From Thalia democratica (taxonomy: Eukaryota): a DNA stretch of 64,000 nucleotides. The DNA lies in NCBI GenBank assembly GCA_965202585.1, contig OZ241829.1, forward strand, positions 37,386,001 to 37,450,000, given 5' to 3'. The notes below the pieces were generated by a model. It saw nothing but the letters and a program-made list of their open reading frames with translations. It searched no databases and was not told where the DNA came from. Made by a program: the position numbers and the translations under genes. Shown one piece after another: positions 1 through 13,394 of the stretch; position 1 is the stretch's first letter, and each line of letters starts with the position of its first letter.

Positions 1-560
1 TTCTTATAAAACATTTATTAAACTTAGTACCATAAAAAATGTTTAGACTAATAATTATTTATTTACATTATAAAACAGTACAAAAGTTTTTCTTTTGAAA
101 TAATTTTATTTCCTATAAATTTTTTTATTCAGCTGAAAAATCACTAGAAAATTACTCTTTAGTTTCATGACTATTATAAATAAAAATCGATAAAGTAAAC
201 ATACATTAAATAGTATTAATCAATAAATGCTAGGTAGATGATTTAAGGTTTTACTTTTTAAACAATAAATGACTACCTTTTATTATAGGAAATAAAAATT
301 TATAATATGCAAAACTGTTCAAATTATATCGTGTTTGTTACTAGAACAAAATGGTTTATTCTCTTTAATTTTTGTAATTTTTTAAAGAATTTAAAATATA
401 TAAGTTTTTCAGTTTAAAATAAAAAACTAAGTAATATAATATAAAACATCATAAAATTATGATTGATACTAAATTATAATTCTCTAACAATTCTTACCTA
501 AAAAGATCAAAATGCGTAAATAGCTAGAGCAAAATATAAAAGCACTTTTAACCAACAGAA

Positions 561-2180
561 CTAGTTGTTAAAATTTTTAAATTTATTACGATTTCTGTTT
601 CGTTTTTTCTTTTTTTTCGGTTCATAGACGAAACCAGGAGCAATATTGCTCAAACTGTTATTAATTTCTGTTGAAACAGGACTTAACTTTTTCTTCTTAA
701 CCAAAGGTTCGGCACTGCACGTTTTGTTTTGACTTTTATTTTCTAGATGCAAGGGTTGCACAGGTGACTTGTTTGTTAGTTTTATCTGTTTGGAACTGAA
801 AGTTTTATTACCTAACTTCTGTGTTGTTGAGTAAGACTTTGAAAATCTATCTAAAACACTGCTGGTCTCTTTTTTTATTTCAATTTTCTTTTCAGACTGT
901 ACTTTACTCTCATTTGTTTTAAGAAAATAATTTTCGATTCCGGCCAACGCACACAATGTTGTATACGAATCCCTGAAACTATTTTCAATACCGATCAAAA
1001 TGTCGCGTATTTTGCTCGAAGAAGCCATCAAAAATATGTTTTGGTTGAGAAACCTCTGATATTGAATTTCAGCATGACACCTTGAAAAATTAACACAGAT
1101 AAAATTATTAAGTAAACGTCAAATTATTTGTATTACAAAACTACAAAAAATTTCTAATTTTAATTTTTTTTGAATAAACTAATAGATATTTATATCAATG
1201 TAAAAAGTTTTAATTAAATATCGAATTAGACTAAAAATTGATACTTAGTTTTAGTTCTTATCAAACTTACTCATTTTTAAACTTATTATTTTACTTAGTA
1301 TCAAGGACTTTATTTAAACTAATCTTAAAGATTATAAATAAAAAAACAAAAGTTGTTTTGCTTATGTTGTAAGAAAACAAAAATACAAAAACCTACACAA
1401 ACAAAATAAATAAGCTTATTGTGTATATTTATTTTATTAATAAATATTACTAAATGAGGTATAACTATATAATTAATAAAAAATAAAAAACTTTCTTGTT
1501 TCCAATGACCACAAGTTGTAAAGTCATCTAGAGTCACATATTGGATTTTTTTAAACAATTTAAAAGAAAATAGCATGATTTTATAAAATATTTTTGTGGT
1601 GTATATAATTTAAGTTTAAAAGACATAAGTATAAAATATATTACATTCTAAATTTTCTGTTGAAAGTTTATCTAATTACATGCAAAATATCACAACACTG
1701 ACGCCTATGTTAAAATAACATAACATTTTACATAAAACAAAATGATGAAATTTTAAATATTAAAATTTAAAGAGTATCAAAAATTTTATATAAAACTATT
1801 GTAGTAGAAATGAATTTATTTTTAAACCTGCTAAATCCTTCCATGCAATTATTGTTGACAATATCAAGCAAAATTATCGACCTCTTCAGTAAATTTTCAA
1901 ACTTTAGATGGTACTCCTTCGCATAAGCTTTATTGAAGTCTTCATTATCGCTCAAAAGTTCCAGCATTCTCGTGCAAAACTGCTTCAAACTGATTTCAGT
2001 GAACTTTCTCATGTTTCTGTCGACCTTTCGAAAAGCTTGATAGAACTTAAACCGCTTTTGAGCGTTGTGTATTTTGTACAAATATTTGTTTAAAATGCCA
2101 AGCTCTTTGGCTAGTTCATAAACTTCTTCTTTGCCAAATACATCACTGACATTCTGAATTGTTTCCCTTACGCATTGCAT
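561..2180 (-). CDS. NEPRO: NEPRO/RMP64 (DUF4477, RNase MRP subunit)-like protein, 2 coding exons, ~290 aa
   Basis: Exons 2180-1828 and 1080-561 are joined by a GT..AG intron (AG|GTTTAA ... TTTTTCAAG|G) and stay in frame (873 nt). The protein ELGILNKYLYKIHNAQKRFKFYQAFRKVDRNMRKF...LLDIVNNNCMEGFSRCHAEIQYQRFLNQNIFLMASSSKI resembles the DUF4477 N-terminal domain as I recall it. It ends in a basic, NoLS-like tail (KKKKKRNRNRNK). Confidence 0.65.
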
Positions 2181-2785
2181 TTTAAAGTATATTAAGCTCT
2201 GTAAATATAGCACAATTATAAATTTTGAGTTGCAAAACTTTTGAAAAAAATACGTTTTACATAAAACTAAAAAAATTATCCTATTTGTCTAGTAAAACAT
2301 TATACACTTATCAAGCTAAATAAAATAAAATAAAACACTTTTAACTGTAAAAGTATACTTCTTAGTCAAATAATGCGAAAATTTAAATAAAATTCAATAA
2401 AAAGTTTAACACATGCATAAAATATTCAAAATATAAAAACAGGTATTAGTGTAAAGCTATGTTATTATGAAAAGTTCTAATATTCTTTTAATATTGTACT
2501 AAACAGCATATATATAAATGATAAATTACAAATCTAACAGATTTTAGTAGACTAAAAACTAAACGTTCTTTTTTTTTCATTAAGCATTTGTAAGAAAATT
2601 TTGTTAGTAGAAATAAAAAACAGTATACTTTCATACATAAGAATTAATTTAAATTGGACTTATTTTTAACTTAAGCAATTATAATTGTGATAAACTTAAA
2701 ACTGATTTTTTACAAAATTTTAACAACTATCAAAAAGAGTCCATATAGCAGAAAACACTAGGCAACATAAACAATCTAAAAGTTC

Positions 2786-5700
2786 TCAATCAAGAATCTC
2801 ATCTCCGTATTTGTTGTATCTGACAATTCTCTTGGGTTCTGCTTGCTCAGGCACAGCAACCTGGCTGTCAAAATGGTCAAACTCCTCGTTGTTTGAACGA
2901 TCGCCCAGTTGCTCCGGTATATTTCGAGGCACGTAGTTAGGGTTCCTGCTCTTCATTCGAAGCTGCTCGTAAGATATTTTAGTATTTGTTTGTTGAGCTT
3001 CTTGTTGTTGATCGTACGCATCAGCATCAAACGCCTGGTCACTGATACCTTCATCATGTATCTGGAGTTCTTCTGTTTTGAAAATATGCGTTAGAAAAAT
3101 GAAATTTTTTCATGGAGTAAACTTAAAACTGGTTTTTTTATATATAAATCAGTCTTTGAAGTTCGATTATTAATAGTGTTTGCTAATGGTGAATTATTAT
3201 AATTATTAAGTAAAATTTAAAAACTGATTAATACAGGATAAAACTTTAATTTGAATTTGTCGTTAGCATTTAGACGCTACTTACTATATGTAGCAAGTCA
3301 TATTTATATAGTATTATAACTTAGACATACAAAGAGTGTGACTAATACATCAAGTAGGTTATTTTTTCTTTAAGTGAGAATTAAATGATTTCAAAAAATT
3401 AAACTACAATTTAAACTCCAAAAGCAACATGTAGACCGCAAGTGTAAATAATATTTTGGTTTACAAACTTATAAAAAGATGTAAGACAAATTAATTATTA
3501 TAGTTAAGATAAGCAATACAAAAAAACGATTTGATTGATTTAATGGTGACAATAAAAACAAAACTATTTTTGTATAAAAGTATTAAATAAATTTTCTGAC
3601 ACTAACACACAAGGCTTTGAAAATATATTTTTTTCAGTTCTTTAAAAAAATTGGAAATATCCGAAATATATCAGCCATGTCAAAGAAATTTTATACTGTT
3701 TTCTATGTATTTTTAATAGATACATATCGTTCTTTTTGTTTAAAATACTTGAAACATTAACTGATATAACATTTAAACGCTCAAAATTTTTCAAACCTCT
3801 GTAATAAAGCATTAAACATTTAATTAAACAACTTATACAGTAAAAGCCTACGTTTTGGCAGCTGAGGAAATTCGTTCTTTTCTCTCTGTTGCAGCACATG
3901 GTGAGGGGTAAAAGGGGGATTTTTCTTAGCAACAGATTCATCCTGCTCTTCAAGCATCTTCCTCAGTTCGCTGTCGTCAGGCAGCTCTTCCAACATGCGC
4001 TTTCTAGCGGTAGGAAAGTACGAAAGGGTTCCTGCCACATTGCCTGCTATACCTTTGAGTATTTTTTTATTACTCGGTATTTTACTGTTTGAGTAATTAG
4101 TTTGAATGCGCCTAAGTAGAAAGAAAAGCTAGCATTTCGTTTAAGCTATTTAGGTGTCTCTTGCTTTAATACACTTTAAAACTACAAATTTTCAAAGTAA
4201 ACTTTATCTGTTGATAAAGTTAACTTACCATTTTTACTACACAGTAATTAAAAGTATATATCATATAGTTAAATTGAAAACTTATCCTAAATAAGACGAG
4301 GTGATAAATTACTTGATTTATTTTTTTAGTTTATTTTTAAAACATTACTACTTCTTAACAGGTTGACTGAAGAAAATCTTTATAATTCTACCATTCCTAA
4401 AGTAATACTTAATTTACTTAGACTAAAAACTTTTAACATTTTCAATTCAAAAAACAAAGTTTGTTGTATTAGTGTTGACAAACATCTTATTGAGGTTTAT
4501 TTGTGAAATATTTAATCTCATTAAATTTATTTATTAAGTGTTTAATCTTACACAACTATTTTTCAAAAAAGTATCAAAGTTTAATGTTAGTCTTAAAAGT
4601 TTATAATTTTATTTTTTAACACAGAATATTAAAAATCAAATAAAAGTTCAAACTTTTTATTGGTAATTAAACAATATTCACTTTTAGCTAACGACTTTTG
4701 AAATTGTACTACCTAACTACAAAAGAAATCTAAACCATATATTAGTTTTAAAGATTAAATGTAAAAGTAAGGTTTTTACTTCAAGAAAATAAGGATTACT
4801 CAATAAAAACCTCAATTTTTTTTTTCTAAAAATAAACACTGTTGCATTCGGTTTTCCGAAAATCTATTCATGTTTTATGGCAACCCTAAATAAAGTAGTA
4901 ATTTAGCCAAAGCTTATTAAACAAAAAAATTATTTACTTTAATAGCCAACTTTTTTGTGTTATCAGAGTACTACAGTTAAAACATTGTTCTTTTTAAAAT
5001 TGAAAATATATAAAAGTAAAAACTATAAAACATTGCTCATTTAGTAATCCATATAACTATTTTTTTTAATCAGACTTTTTAATAAGAAACTACTTACTTT
5101 AATATGTAAATGAATAAAACTTAAACTTCTATATCAACTATCTGACAATTTAGTTAAATTAATTCTAATACTTTTGTAAGTTTAAATGTATGTAGGAAAT
5201 AATCAAATAATACTAACTAGCAGCAAGGATGGTACAGAACTTTCCTACATTGCTGATATTAGGCACTCTCTTCATGTGGTAAGATGATATCGCTGCTGCT
5301 ATCATGGCCAGCGGAAAACCTCTTTTGAACTGCGCATCCCTTCTCAAGTTTGCTAGAATTTCCTGGTCCTGAACAATTATTAATTGGGAAACTTTAATTT
5401 ACAATTCATATTTCAGTTCATTATACTTTGAATTGAGTTTTGAAAAATCTATGTTTATTTAATCTGTAAAAATATTTTGCAATATAGTAAAATGCATTAT
5501 ACAACATATGTAAACAAGAATTCATAGTAAATCTTAAAAATTTATAAGAGTTGGCATGTAATAATTAAAAAAATAGCTTTTTTGACTACATTAGTTAGTA
5601 AGGAGTTATAATTGAAAGTCAAATATACAAAGATTTTCACAAATCAAGTTTTAGTTCGTATAAAGAAACTTGTGATTATTATTTTTTTTTAGATAGCATC

Positions 5701-8700
5701 AACTACTATGTATTAAATTAAAGCTACACTATAAGTAACATTAAAATAATTTAAAATACTACTAATCAAAGTTTTATAAAAAAATACTTGGTGTTGATGA
5801 GCTTTAAGTAAAAAATAACTTCAATTGTTTCAACAGGATCTTTTCTTATAAGTTATAAAAAGTCTCTAAAAACTAAAACTTTTAAGCTTCAGCTTTAATT
5901 TAATACTATACACAATTTATAGTTTTTTATAAACAATGAATGACTAGTTTAATGTAGAAACATTTACAAGTTTTAACTGTCTTAATTATATTTTAGACCC
6001 AAACTAAATAAAACAGTGAAAGTGAACTTCATCAAATGTTTACAAAATTATGGTAAAAACATTTAATTTAAAAATATTTAAAACATATAAGACTCCTATA
6101 CCGTTTATCTAGTTTTTTATTCACTTGCAGCTACAAGTTTTATTCTTAGTTATTAAAACGACCTCATCTTTTTTTCCTACATTAAATACTACAGGAGTTT
6201 TATTTTTGAAATAGTTTAAATTTGCACACTTGTACTTATAATTTGAAGTACAACCAGCAATGGAGTTGATTTTACTTAATAAAATTAAAACGGGAGTCGA
6301 TCATTTCTAACTCAGTCATTTTTAACTTTATCATATCTACCAGGGGCGTAGCGTGGGGAGGGACACTGGCGCATGCGTGCCACCCAAAAAAAAGTAAATT
6401 GTAAAAAAATGAATGTAATATCTTTATCCTTTATAGTTTATTTTTTCTGCTTAATTTGCCTTTTTTCAACTTTGTTTATCTAGTATTCAAAAAGTTAAAC
6501 GAAATTTTGAATACCAATTAGTGACAAGTTAGGAAAGTACATGTTATTACTCAATATACTGATTCGGTGCGTAATTGCAAATGCGCACCGACGTTGATGA
6601 AAATCTCCATAAGGAAAAACTTTATAAGTTCATTAACTTCATAAGAATTTAGACTCAAAAAGTACGCAATTAATACAGCGCACCGCTGTAGTATAACCTT
6701 ATGGCAAATTATTTTTCTACAAAAATTTTTACAAAAATACGTCACGCTTAAAGAAAAATTAAACAACTTTACAATTTTTTTTTATGCTATATTGTTAAGA
6801 CAACTGCTAGTTTTCTGAACTTTATTTTTGTAAGCATACAAGATAAGCGTGTCGGCGTATGAGAAATAAACTTTGTTTGTGATTTTTATTTTAAACAAAT
6901 ACAAGCAAATGAATTAAATTTAAAAAGTATACTTTTAACTATTTTACAAAGTTGTAATAAACTGTAATAACAGTTATAAAGTGTAACTTTATTAAAATTA
7001 TGTGCAATGAGGTGTTGTTATCACTGTTGTATTGTATATTAAAGAGATTGATATTTTTTTCGTAAATAAAACAGATACTTTCGTTTTATTGAATACATTC
7101 ATTTTTTAAAATATAAAGTTTACTATAAGTAATAAAAATAATTTTTATTTAGTAAGTTTACATTTTTGCAAGTATAAGTAATTCTAATGAAATTTGTACT
7201 TTTATTTAATTGCTTAATTTTGTAATATATAAATATTTTTTAAAAAAGTTAACGAACTTATTTTATTTAATGAATTTATTTCAATTATATTACTTATAAA
7301 AAGTTTTTTTATAGCTAATTACAAAAGTTTTAATTTAGAGGATTTTTTGAGAAAAAAATTTGCGCATCCCCTGACCAAAATACTACGCTACGCCACTGAT
7401 ATCTACCCGATCAATTAAAACCCGATCATTTATAATCTGATCATTTCTAACCCGATCATATCTAAACCGGTTATTTCAAATCCAATCTAACCTGATCATT
7501 TCTAAGCCTATCACTTCTAACCCAATTATATCCAGCCCGATCAGAAAAAAAAATATATAATTAGACTTATTTGATAGGATTTATTATAACAAATCAATGT
7601 TTACAATTTTGGTGTTATATTAAAGTTTAGTTGATATTGTCTCAAATAAAACTTAAATTTTGTTGATAAATTTATATTATACTTTTACTTTATTAATAAA
7701 CAGAATAATCAGAATTTAATAAAATAAAGTACAACCAATAAAAATAAAACTTTTTTTAAATAATCAAATTACTCAATGTTAAATTATATATAATTTCTAG
7801 CAATAGTTTATAAAACCCCATCGCAGTTTAAACCGCAATTTTCAACGTTTATTTAAGGAAATATACTTTCTTTTTTTTACAGAAAAGTCAGCTTGAAATT
7901 TTTTGATTTTGTTAATGCTGGTCACTGGTCGTTTGCTGCTACAAATTTCTTGTTATGCTTTAATTTTTTTTAATATCAAAACCTATACAACAGGTTTTAC
8001 AAGGCTCCTATACCTACATTTTCTAAAAGTCCTTAATTATACTATGTAAATTTTAACTACCTTATCAGGGACAAAAACTTTAGATGTACATATTTACTAA
8101 AATGGCAAAAACTAAAGTAATAAATGGAAAAAAATAAGACTTTTTAATACGTTTTTACAAATTTTGTATTAAATAAGCCAACAAGTTTGATTATTAATCT
8201 TTTTTTTTTTACTGTTTTTGAACAAAATTTTATTACTTGTATTAGAAAATATTCTAATTCTAATATTCTAAAAACTATTAATTTGATATAAACTTATTTC
8301 TTAGTACTATTTTTGTTATATATCATATTTTTAATTGTTTTACGACAGTTTAATAATTTTTGGTAAAAAATGGCAAATTTTAGATTTACATTTGAAATTT
8401 TTGTCCCTGATTTTAATATTAATTTATTCACTATTTGCAACTATGGCAAATATGCCAAGTTTTAGTAAAAAATTACATTTGAAGATTTTTTCACTGATAA
8501 GATAATTTAAATTAACTAGTTATATTAGGAAAGACTTAAACGTTGGGCGACCATTGTTTTCAATTTAGTTCTGAATTGTGAATAAAAGAACTAGAAACAA
8601 TAAGCATAGAACTAACGACCAGATTGATGAATGGCACGGAAGATTCGAGTCTGTGTAAACATGTGGTAACCCGTTTTTTTAAACTTTGTTTAAGCCTTGA

Positions 8701-11168
8701 AAACAGAACAGATGAACACCAATAACAAAGTCAACAGACTTAAAGCTGACTTGTCTGTAACAAATAAAGAAAGTATATTGCCTGGAATGACTGTAAAATA
8801 ATAGTTGATAAAAGGGAAGAAAGAACTGTAATAAAAGCTTTACGAGCTATTGTTTGTAATTATAGTTAGTTTTACAATAAGTAACTTCATTATTTTCTTT
8901 TTTTTTTAGTTTTTTTTCTTTGTTATTCTGTTAGTGCTTTTGTTGTTGCAATCATTTTTAATTTACCAAATTTTAAAAAATGTATATCAAACAAACTACT
9001 ATTTAAAGTCATTAAAAACAAATTGAACCAAGTGATAATACATTTCGGATATCATATAAGTTTAAGTGAAAATTTATTTTAAAGAAAATTAACAAGACGA
9101 GATTTAGTCACCTCCTGACTTGTTATATTAATGAACAAGTCTGATTAAGTGTCAGAGACATTTTTGCCCTAGATATAAGTAGAAATTCATTAATGAAATA
9201 AAAACTAGCCGACATTACATGCTTTTGCTGTTTGATAAATGACACATAACTGTTTTATAAGTTTTATTTAGATGTGTTATATTTAAAAGTTGTGTTTTCT
9301 ACTAAAAATCAAAAGTATTCGAGTTTGCCTAGTGTTTGTTTAAAATATTTTGTCTGAATAAGTCTGTGCAAGTTGTTGAATAGTTCGGATTAGGTTTTAA
9401 GAAAAAATTGAAAATTAACTGACTTTAAACAGGGTTGCTAAATTTTTTTGAGAAATTTCTTCAAGGTTTTCTGATTTTCTTCCATGTTTTTAAAAGTACA
9501 CGTTTTTGGGTCTATTTTTAGTTTACAGTTAATTTTAAGGTTAAAAACTGTGCTAAGTAGTATAACAACATTGATTAGATACTGTAAAGCTACTTTAAAT
9601 GTGTTAGTTAATAAAACATTATGAAGATGACAAAAAATGTCTTTCTATATGGTAGATTTTTCGTCTCAAATTAAAACTTTGCTACTTAACATGTAAAATT
9701 TGTTTAAATTCCAGGTTTTTGTTAATATTTTTTTTCAAATTTCAGGTTTTTCCAGGTTATTTTAGCCTCAATTGTCAAATAAGTTTTTCCTGGTTTTTGG
9801 CAACCCTGTATAAAGTAGTCTTAGATTAGATAACAACTATACAAAATTTGCGCTAGACTTACAGCGTAGCTTATAGACTGTAATTTAAAGATTTTTGTAT
9901 CTGAAAATTACATTTGTAAAGGTTTAACTTTTTTTATTTACTTGCATTAAAAACATAAAAGTTATGTAAATGGCAAGAAAATATATCTTTAACATAGTTT
10001 GACCGGGAACGGGTCTAAATTGCACAAAGATAAAACTGTACGAGGTCACTAAATTGCACAAGGGGACTCAATTGCACGAGAACAAAATTGCACGAAAGCA
10101 CAAAATTGCACAAAGCCAAATTTGCACGAGGGCACAAAACTGTACGAAGACGATTTTGCATCAAGGGTCAATTTTGCATGAGTTACATTTTTGCACGAGA
10201 GTAAAAAATACAGAAAAAAAGTTACTGACCGAGGGTAAGGGTTAGGGGTAACAGTGTTAGTAAAAATTAAAAAAATAACTAATAAAAGCTACTAAAAAAA
10301 AAGCTACCGACCGAGGGCAAGAGTTAGAGGTAACAGTGATAGTAAAAAAAAATTAAATAAATAAAATTTAAAAAAACTTAAAAAACAAAATAGCTTACCA
10401 GCCGAGGGTAAGGGGTAACAGTAATAGTAAACAATAAATAAAATTAAAAAAATAATAAAAATAATAAAGTTAATAAAAAAAATTATTTTAATAATAATTA
10501 ACCAATGCAAAATTGTCTACGTGCAAAAGTGTCTTTGTGCAAAAGTGACCCTTTGTGCAAAAGTATCTTTGTGCAATTTTATCCCCTCGTGCATAAGTAT
10601 CTTCGTGCAAAAGTATTTTAACTTTGTGCAATTTTATGCATTCATGCAATTTAGACAGCTTTAAGAAGTCAAACAAAAAAATCAAAAATATTAAAAAACT
10701 GGTAAGAAATTCATATATAATCAAAATAAAAATAGTTTGATTTAGGCAGATTGATAAAAAAAAATAAAGTAAAAAATAATAAAATAATTTGAAGTATATA
10801 CCTTAAAGTTAAATTAAAATGAAAATTATTTTTAAGTAAAATTAAATAAATATTAAGTTTTCTTTGATACAAAAAAACTATAAGAACAATTGTATTAATG
10901 TTTTTATAATAAACCCTCATAAAAAATCTAAAGTGGACAACTTTTTACTTATCAGGTTAGATATAAAAGGGTTAAATAGGGTTTAAAATGATCAGTTATA
11001 TATATTTGTGCTAGAAGTGATCGGGTTACAAATGATCGGTAGTGGCAAAAACCACTAACAAAATAACATTTAAAATAATAATTAATTCAACGAAACTAAA
11101 AAAAAAAAGTGAAATAATAAATTAGTTACCTGTTCTGAAAGATCGAATTTCTTCGTATCTTCACTCAT
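2786..11168 (-). CDS. OCIAD1: OCIA domain-containing protein 1-like (asrij), 4 exons, 225 aa
   Basis: Exons 11168-11130, 5368-5218, 4052-3852 and 3072-2786 have GT-AG boundaries and consistent phases (678 nt). Motifs AGTLSYFPTARKRMLEELPDDSELRKML (cf. GKLSYVKTCQEKFKKLENSPLGEALR), ISYEQLRMKSR and the terminal YNKYGDEILD* match OCIAD1 hallmarks. Confidence 0.85.
6290..7545. repeat. Array of ~15-bp repeats (acccgatcatttcta), split by the hAT insertion; probable terminal array of a MULE-type element
   Basis: Units at 6295-6340 continue at 7407-7545. The same unit appears in inverted orientation at ~10985-11040 (tagaagtgatcgggtt). Confidence 0.6.
6341..7398. mobile_element. Non-autonomous hAT-like element
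   Basis: TIRs CAGGGGCGTAGCG / CGCTACGCCACTG. Perfect 8-bp TSD ATATCTAC at 6333-6340 and 7399-7406. Confidence 0.85.
8590..8870 (+). pseudogene. Degenerate C-terminal fragment of a MULE (FLYWCH-type) transposase
   Basis: Frameshifted translation HRTNDQIDEWHGRFESV / ALKTEQMNTNNKVNRLKA / KYIAWND..KIIV..KALRAIVCN follows the RTNNxxEGWHxxF...LKxEQ...LRAIAxN tail of invertebrate MULE transposases. Confidence 0.6.
9430..9808. mobile_element. CAGGGTTGCC-family MITE
   Basis: TIR CAGGGTTGC / GCAACCCTG; internal tccaggttttt repeats; flanks TTTAAA/TATAAA. Confidence 0.8.
10009..10656. mobile_element. MITE with inverted arrays of ~15-bp repeats (aaattgcacgaag / ttgtgcaaaag) and an internal ~85-bp tandem unit
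   Basis: gggtctaaattgca at the left end, tgcaatttagac at the right end. Three core copies of gggtaagggttaggggtaacagtg at ~10231, ~10315 and ~10405. Confidence 0.7.
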
Positions 11169-11757
11169 AATCCAATTGGTTTGTATCTATATTATTCAAA
11201 AAACCTACTTTAAATTTTCTGAAAAAGTTTATATTTCATTAGAATAGACTATAAAATTTGATAAACTATCAATTTATAATTTAAGTTTCTTTCACAGGTT
11301 ATTTCAAACAAGTTAGAGTAAAAACTTTATATTTTTCTAATTATACAACTTCTTAAAGCTTCTTCTAAATTCTATATAACTGGTAAAAGTTTTTCTTTAT
11401 TATTAGCATATTGTAATGTAGTTTACAATATACATATACATAAGTAAAAAACAAATAATTAAATATAACTATGAAGTGTACAATAAGTTTCATATGAAAA
11501 TAGCGTGGTTTTCAAATTAATAAATATAAGAAACTAATTGAGTTTACTTTTTTAATGATAAAATAACAGGGTGGCTTTTGTTTTTGTTTGAAATTTGTTC
11601 CAGCTATTTTTAATAACTTCCAGGTATTCTAAATAAGTCCATTTTCAAGCGTTTAAATTTTCTTGACCAATTTTGTAATCAACTAAAACTTAAGACAAAA
11701 AATTAGATATTATACCTACAAATAACAATCAAAAATACTGTTTTATTATTTTATAAG

Positions 11758-12942
11758 CATGGTTGCCACTGATCAAGCTGAGAAAAATTTCCTGACTTTT
11801 TACCAAAACTTTCCTGACTTTTCTAAATCAAACTCTTAGATTAAACTTATTCTAAAATACATAACCTAACACTTGAAACTATATAAAGCTTTCAATCTAA
11901 TTTTATTACAGGTTAAAAATAGCAGTTTTTTTGCTAAATTCTATCATCAAACTTCCAGTACATCACTTAAACCATCTGTGTATGATTGATGTTTGTAATA
12001 AACAGCTCTATCAGCAAATGCTTGTATTATTACCTTATAAACACAGCTTGTCTGAAAAAAGACACAGTTTTTTAGCATTTCCTAGCATAAATTTATCTAG
12101 ATAAACAAATGACATATAAGGAACTTTTACAATTAAAACCTTGAGTTAATAACAAGCTTTCACAACTAAAATCTTAAAGCAACAACAAATTTTTACAGTT
12201 GAAACCTTAAAACTAAACTATATATCTGTTGTATAAAATATTTCCTCTTATCATTTAGTATAAAATTTGTAACAAATAAATATACTCTTATTTACTTTAA
12301 GAATTAAGTTACTCTACAAAAAATACAAACAATAAGAAAACTTAATCTTGGCATATACCTCTATTATAACTTAATTTAGAAATTTAAACAACTTTTAAAA
12401 AATTATAAAGAGGTAAAGTTACATAAAATACTAACCTAACTGAAATAGTTATAAAGAACTCAACTATTTACTTAAACAAAAACCACTTTGATTCTAAAAT
12501 TATGCTAGATAAACTTTTGTGTATATATCACAGTTTCACTATGGAAGTGTCCTTGCTACAGATCATCAATACTAAAAAGCTTACAAAATCTGCTTGTTCA
12601 AGTAGGGTACTTGTTTAATATGTTAAAAGAAAATTTTTGCAGTTTTATAAAGGATATTTTACTAATTTATACCAGATTAAGGCATTGAAAATAAAATTAA
12701 ATATTTTTGTAAATTTCTAGGAAAATTTTGGAATTTTCTTCTGACTTTAAAGGACTTTTAATTAATTTTTACAATTTGAAGGCTTTGGAAAACAAGGAAT
12801 TTTGTAAATTTGAACTGACAAAATCTGACTTTATTTTTAATTTTATCAAATTTCCAGACTTTTTTTCAAAACCCCCCATTTTTTCCTGACTCTTGACATT
12901 TTTTTGAATTTTTCCTGATTTCCTGACCAAGTGGCAACCCTG
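11758..12942. mobile_element. CAGGGTTGCC-family non-autonomous element (ttcctgact subfamily)
   Basis: Ends CATGGTTGCCACT / AGTGGCAACCCTG. Perfect 6-bp TSD TATAAG at 11752-11757 and 12943-12948. Confidence 0.8.
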
Positions 12943-13394
12943 TATAAGTGTTTTTTTATTTTATTGTATTAATTTTTAATGAAGTTCTTTTAAAGCCTTT
13001 TCAAAATGCTTTTCTACATCTTTAACACTATTAAAATAAATAACTTTGAAAAATAATAAAGTTAAGTTTTTTTAGTTTTTAATTCAAAAATCTTATAAAA
13101 AAACAATTTTAATTTAACTAAGTGGTAATCAAGACTTTTGTATCAATAAAATTGTAAAAAATTTCTATTTCTAACATTCTCAGTTTGACCAGAAAAAAGA
13201 AGGACGCTAAGTCAGAAATTTAGTGTATGCAATTTTGTTTTTTTGCATAGATGGACTTTTAGATACTCTATTGGCTGGAAATTCTTTGAAAATTATTGTC
13301 ACAATTTTGTCCTAAAAAGTAGCCTTTAGCCATCTCCAGTGAATTCAAAATATCAGCTGATTAACTTATATGCAAAACACTAGACAAGCTAGAG

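Noticed and set aside
6290-7545. Regular short repeats resembling a CRISPR array
   Set aside because: Head-to-tail 15-bp units without unique spacers, in a eukaryotic intron, with no cas genes.
10054-10920. Cluster of five short ORFs
   Set aside because: These are translations of the 15-bp repeat arrays and A/T tracts of a MITE.
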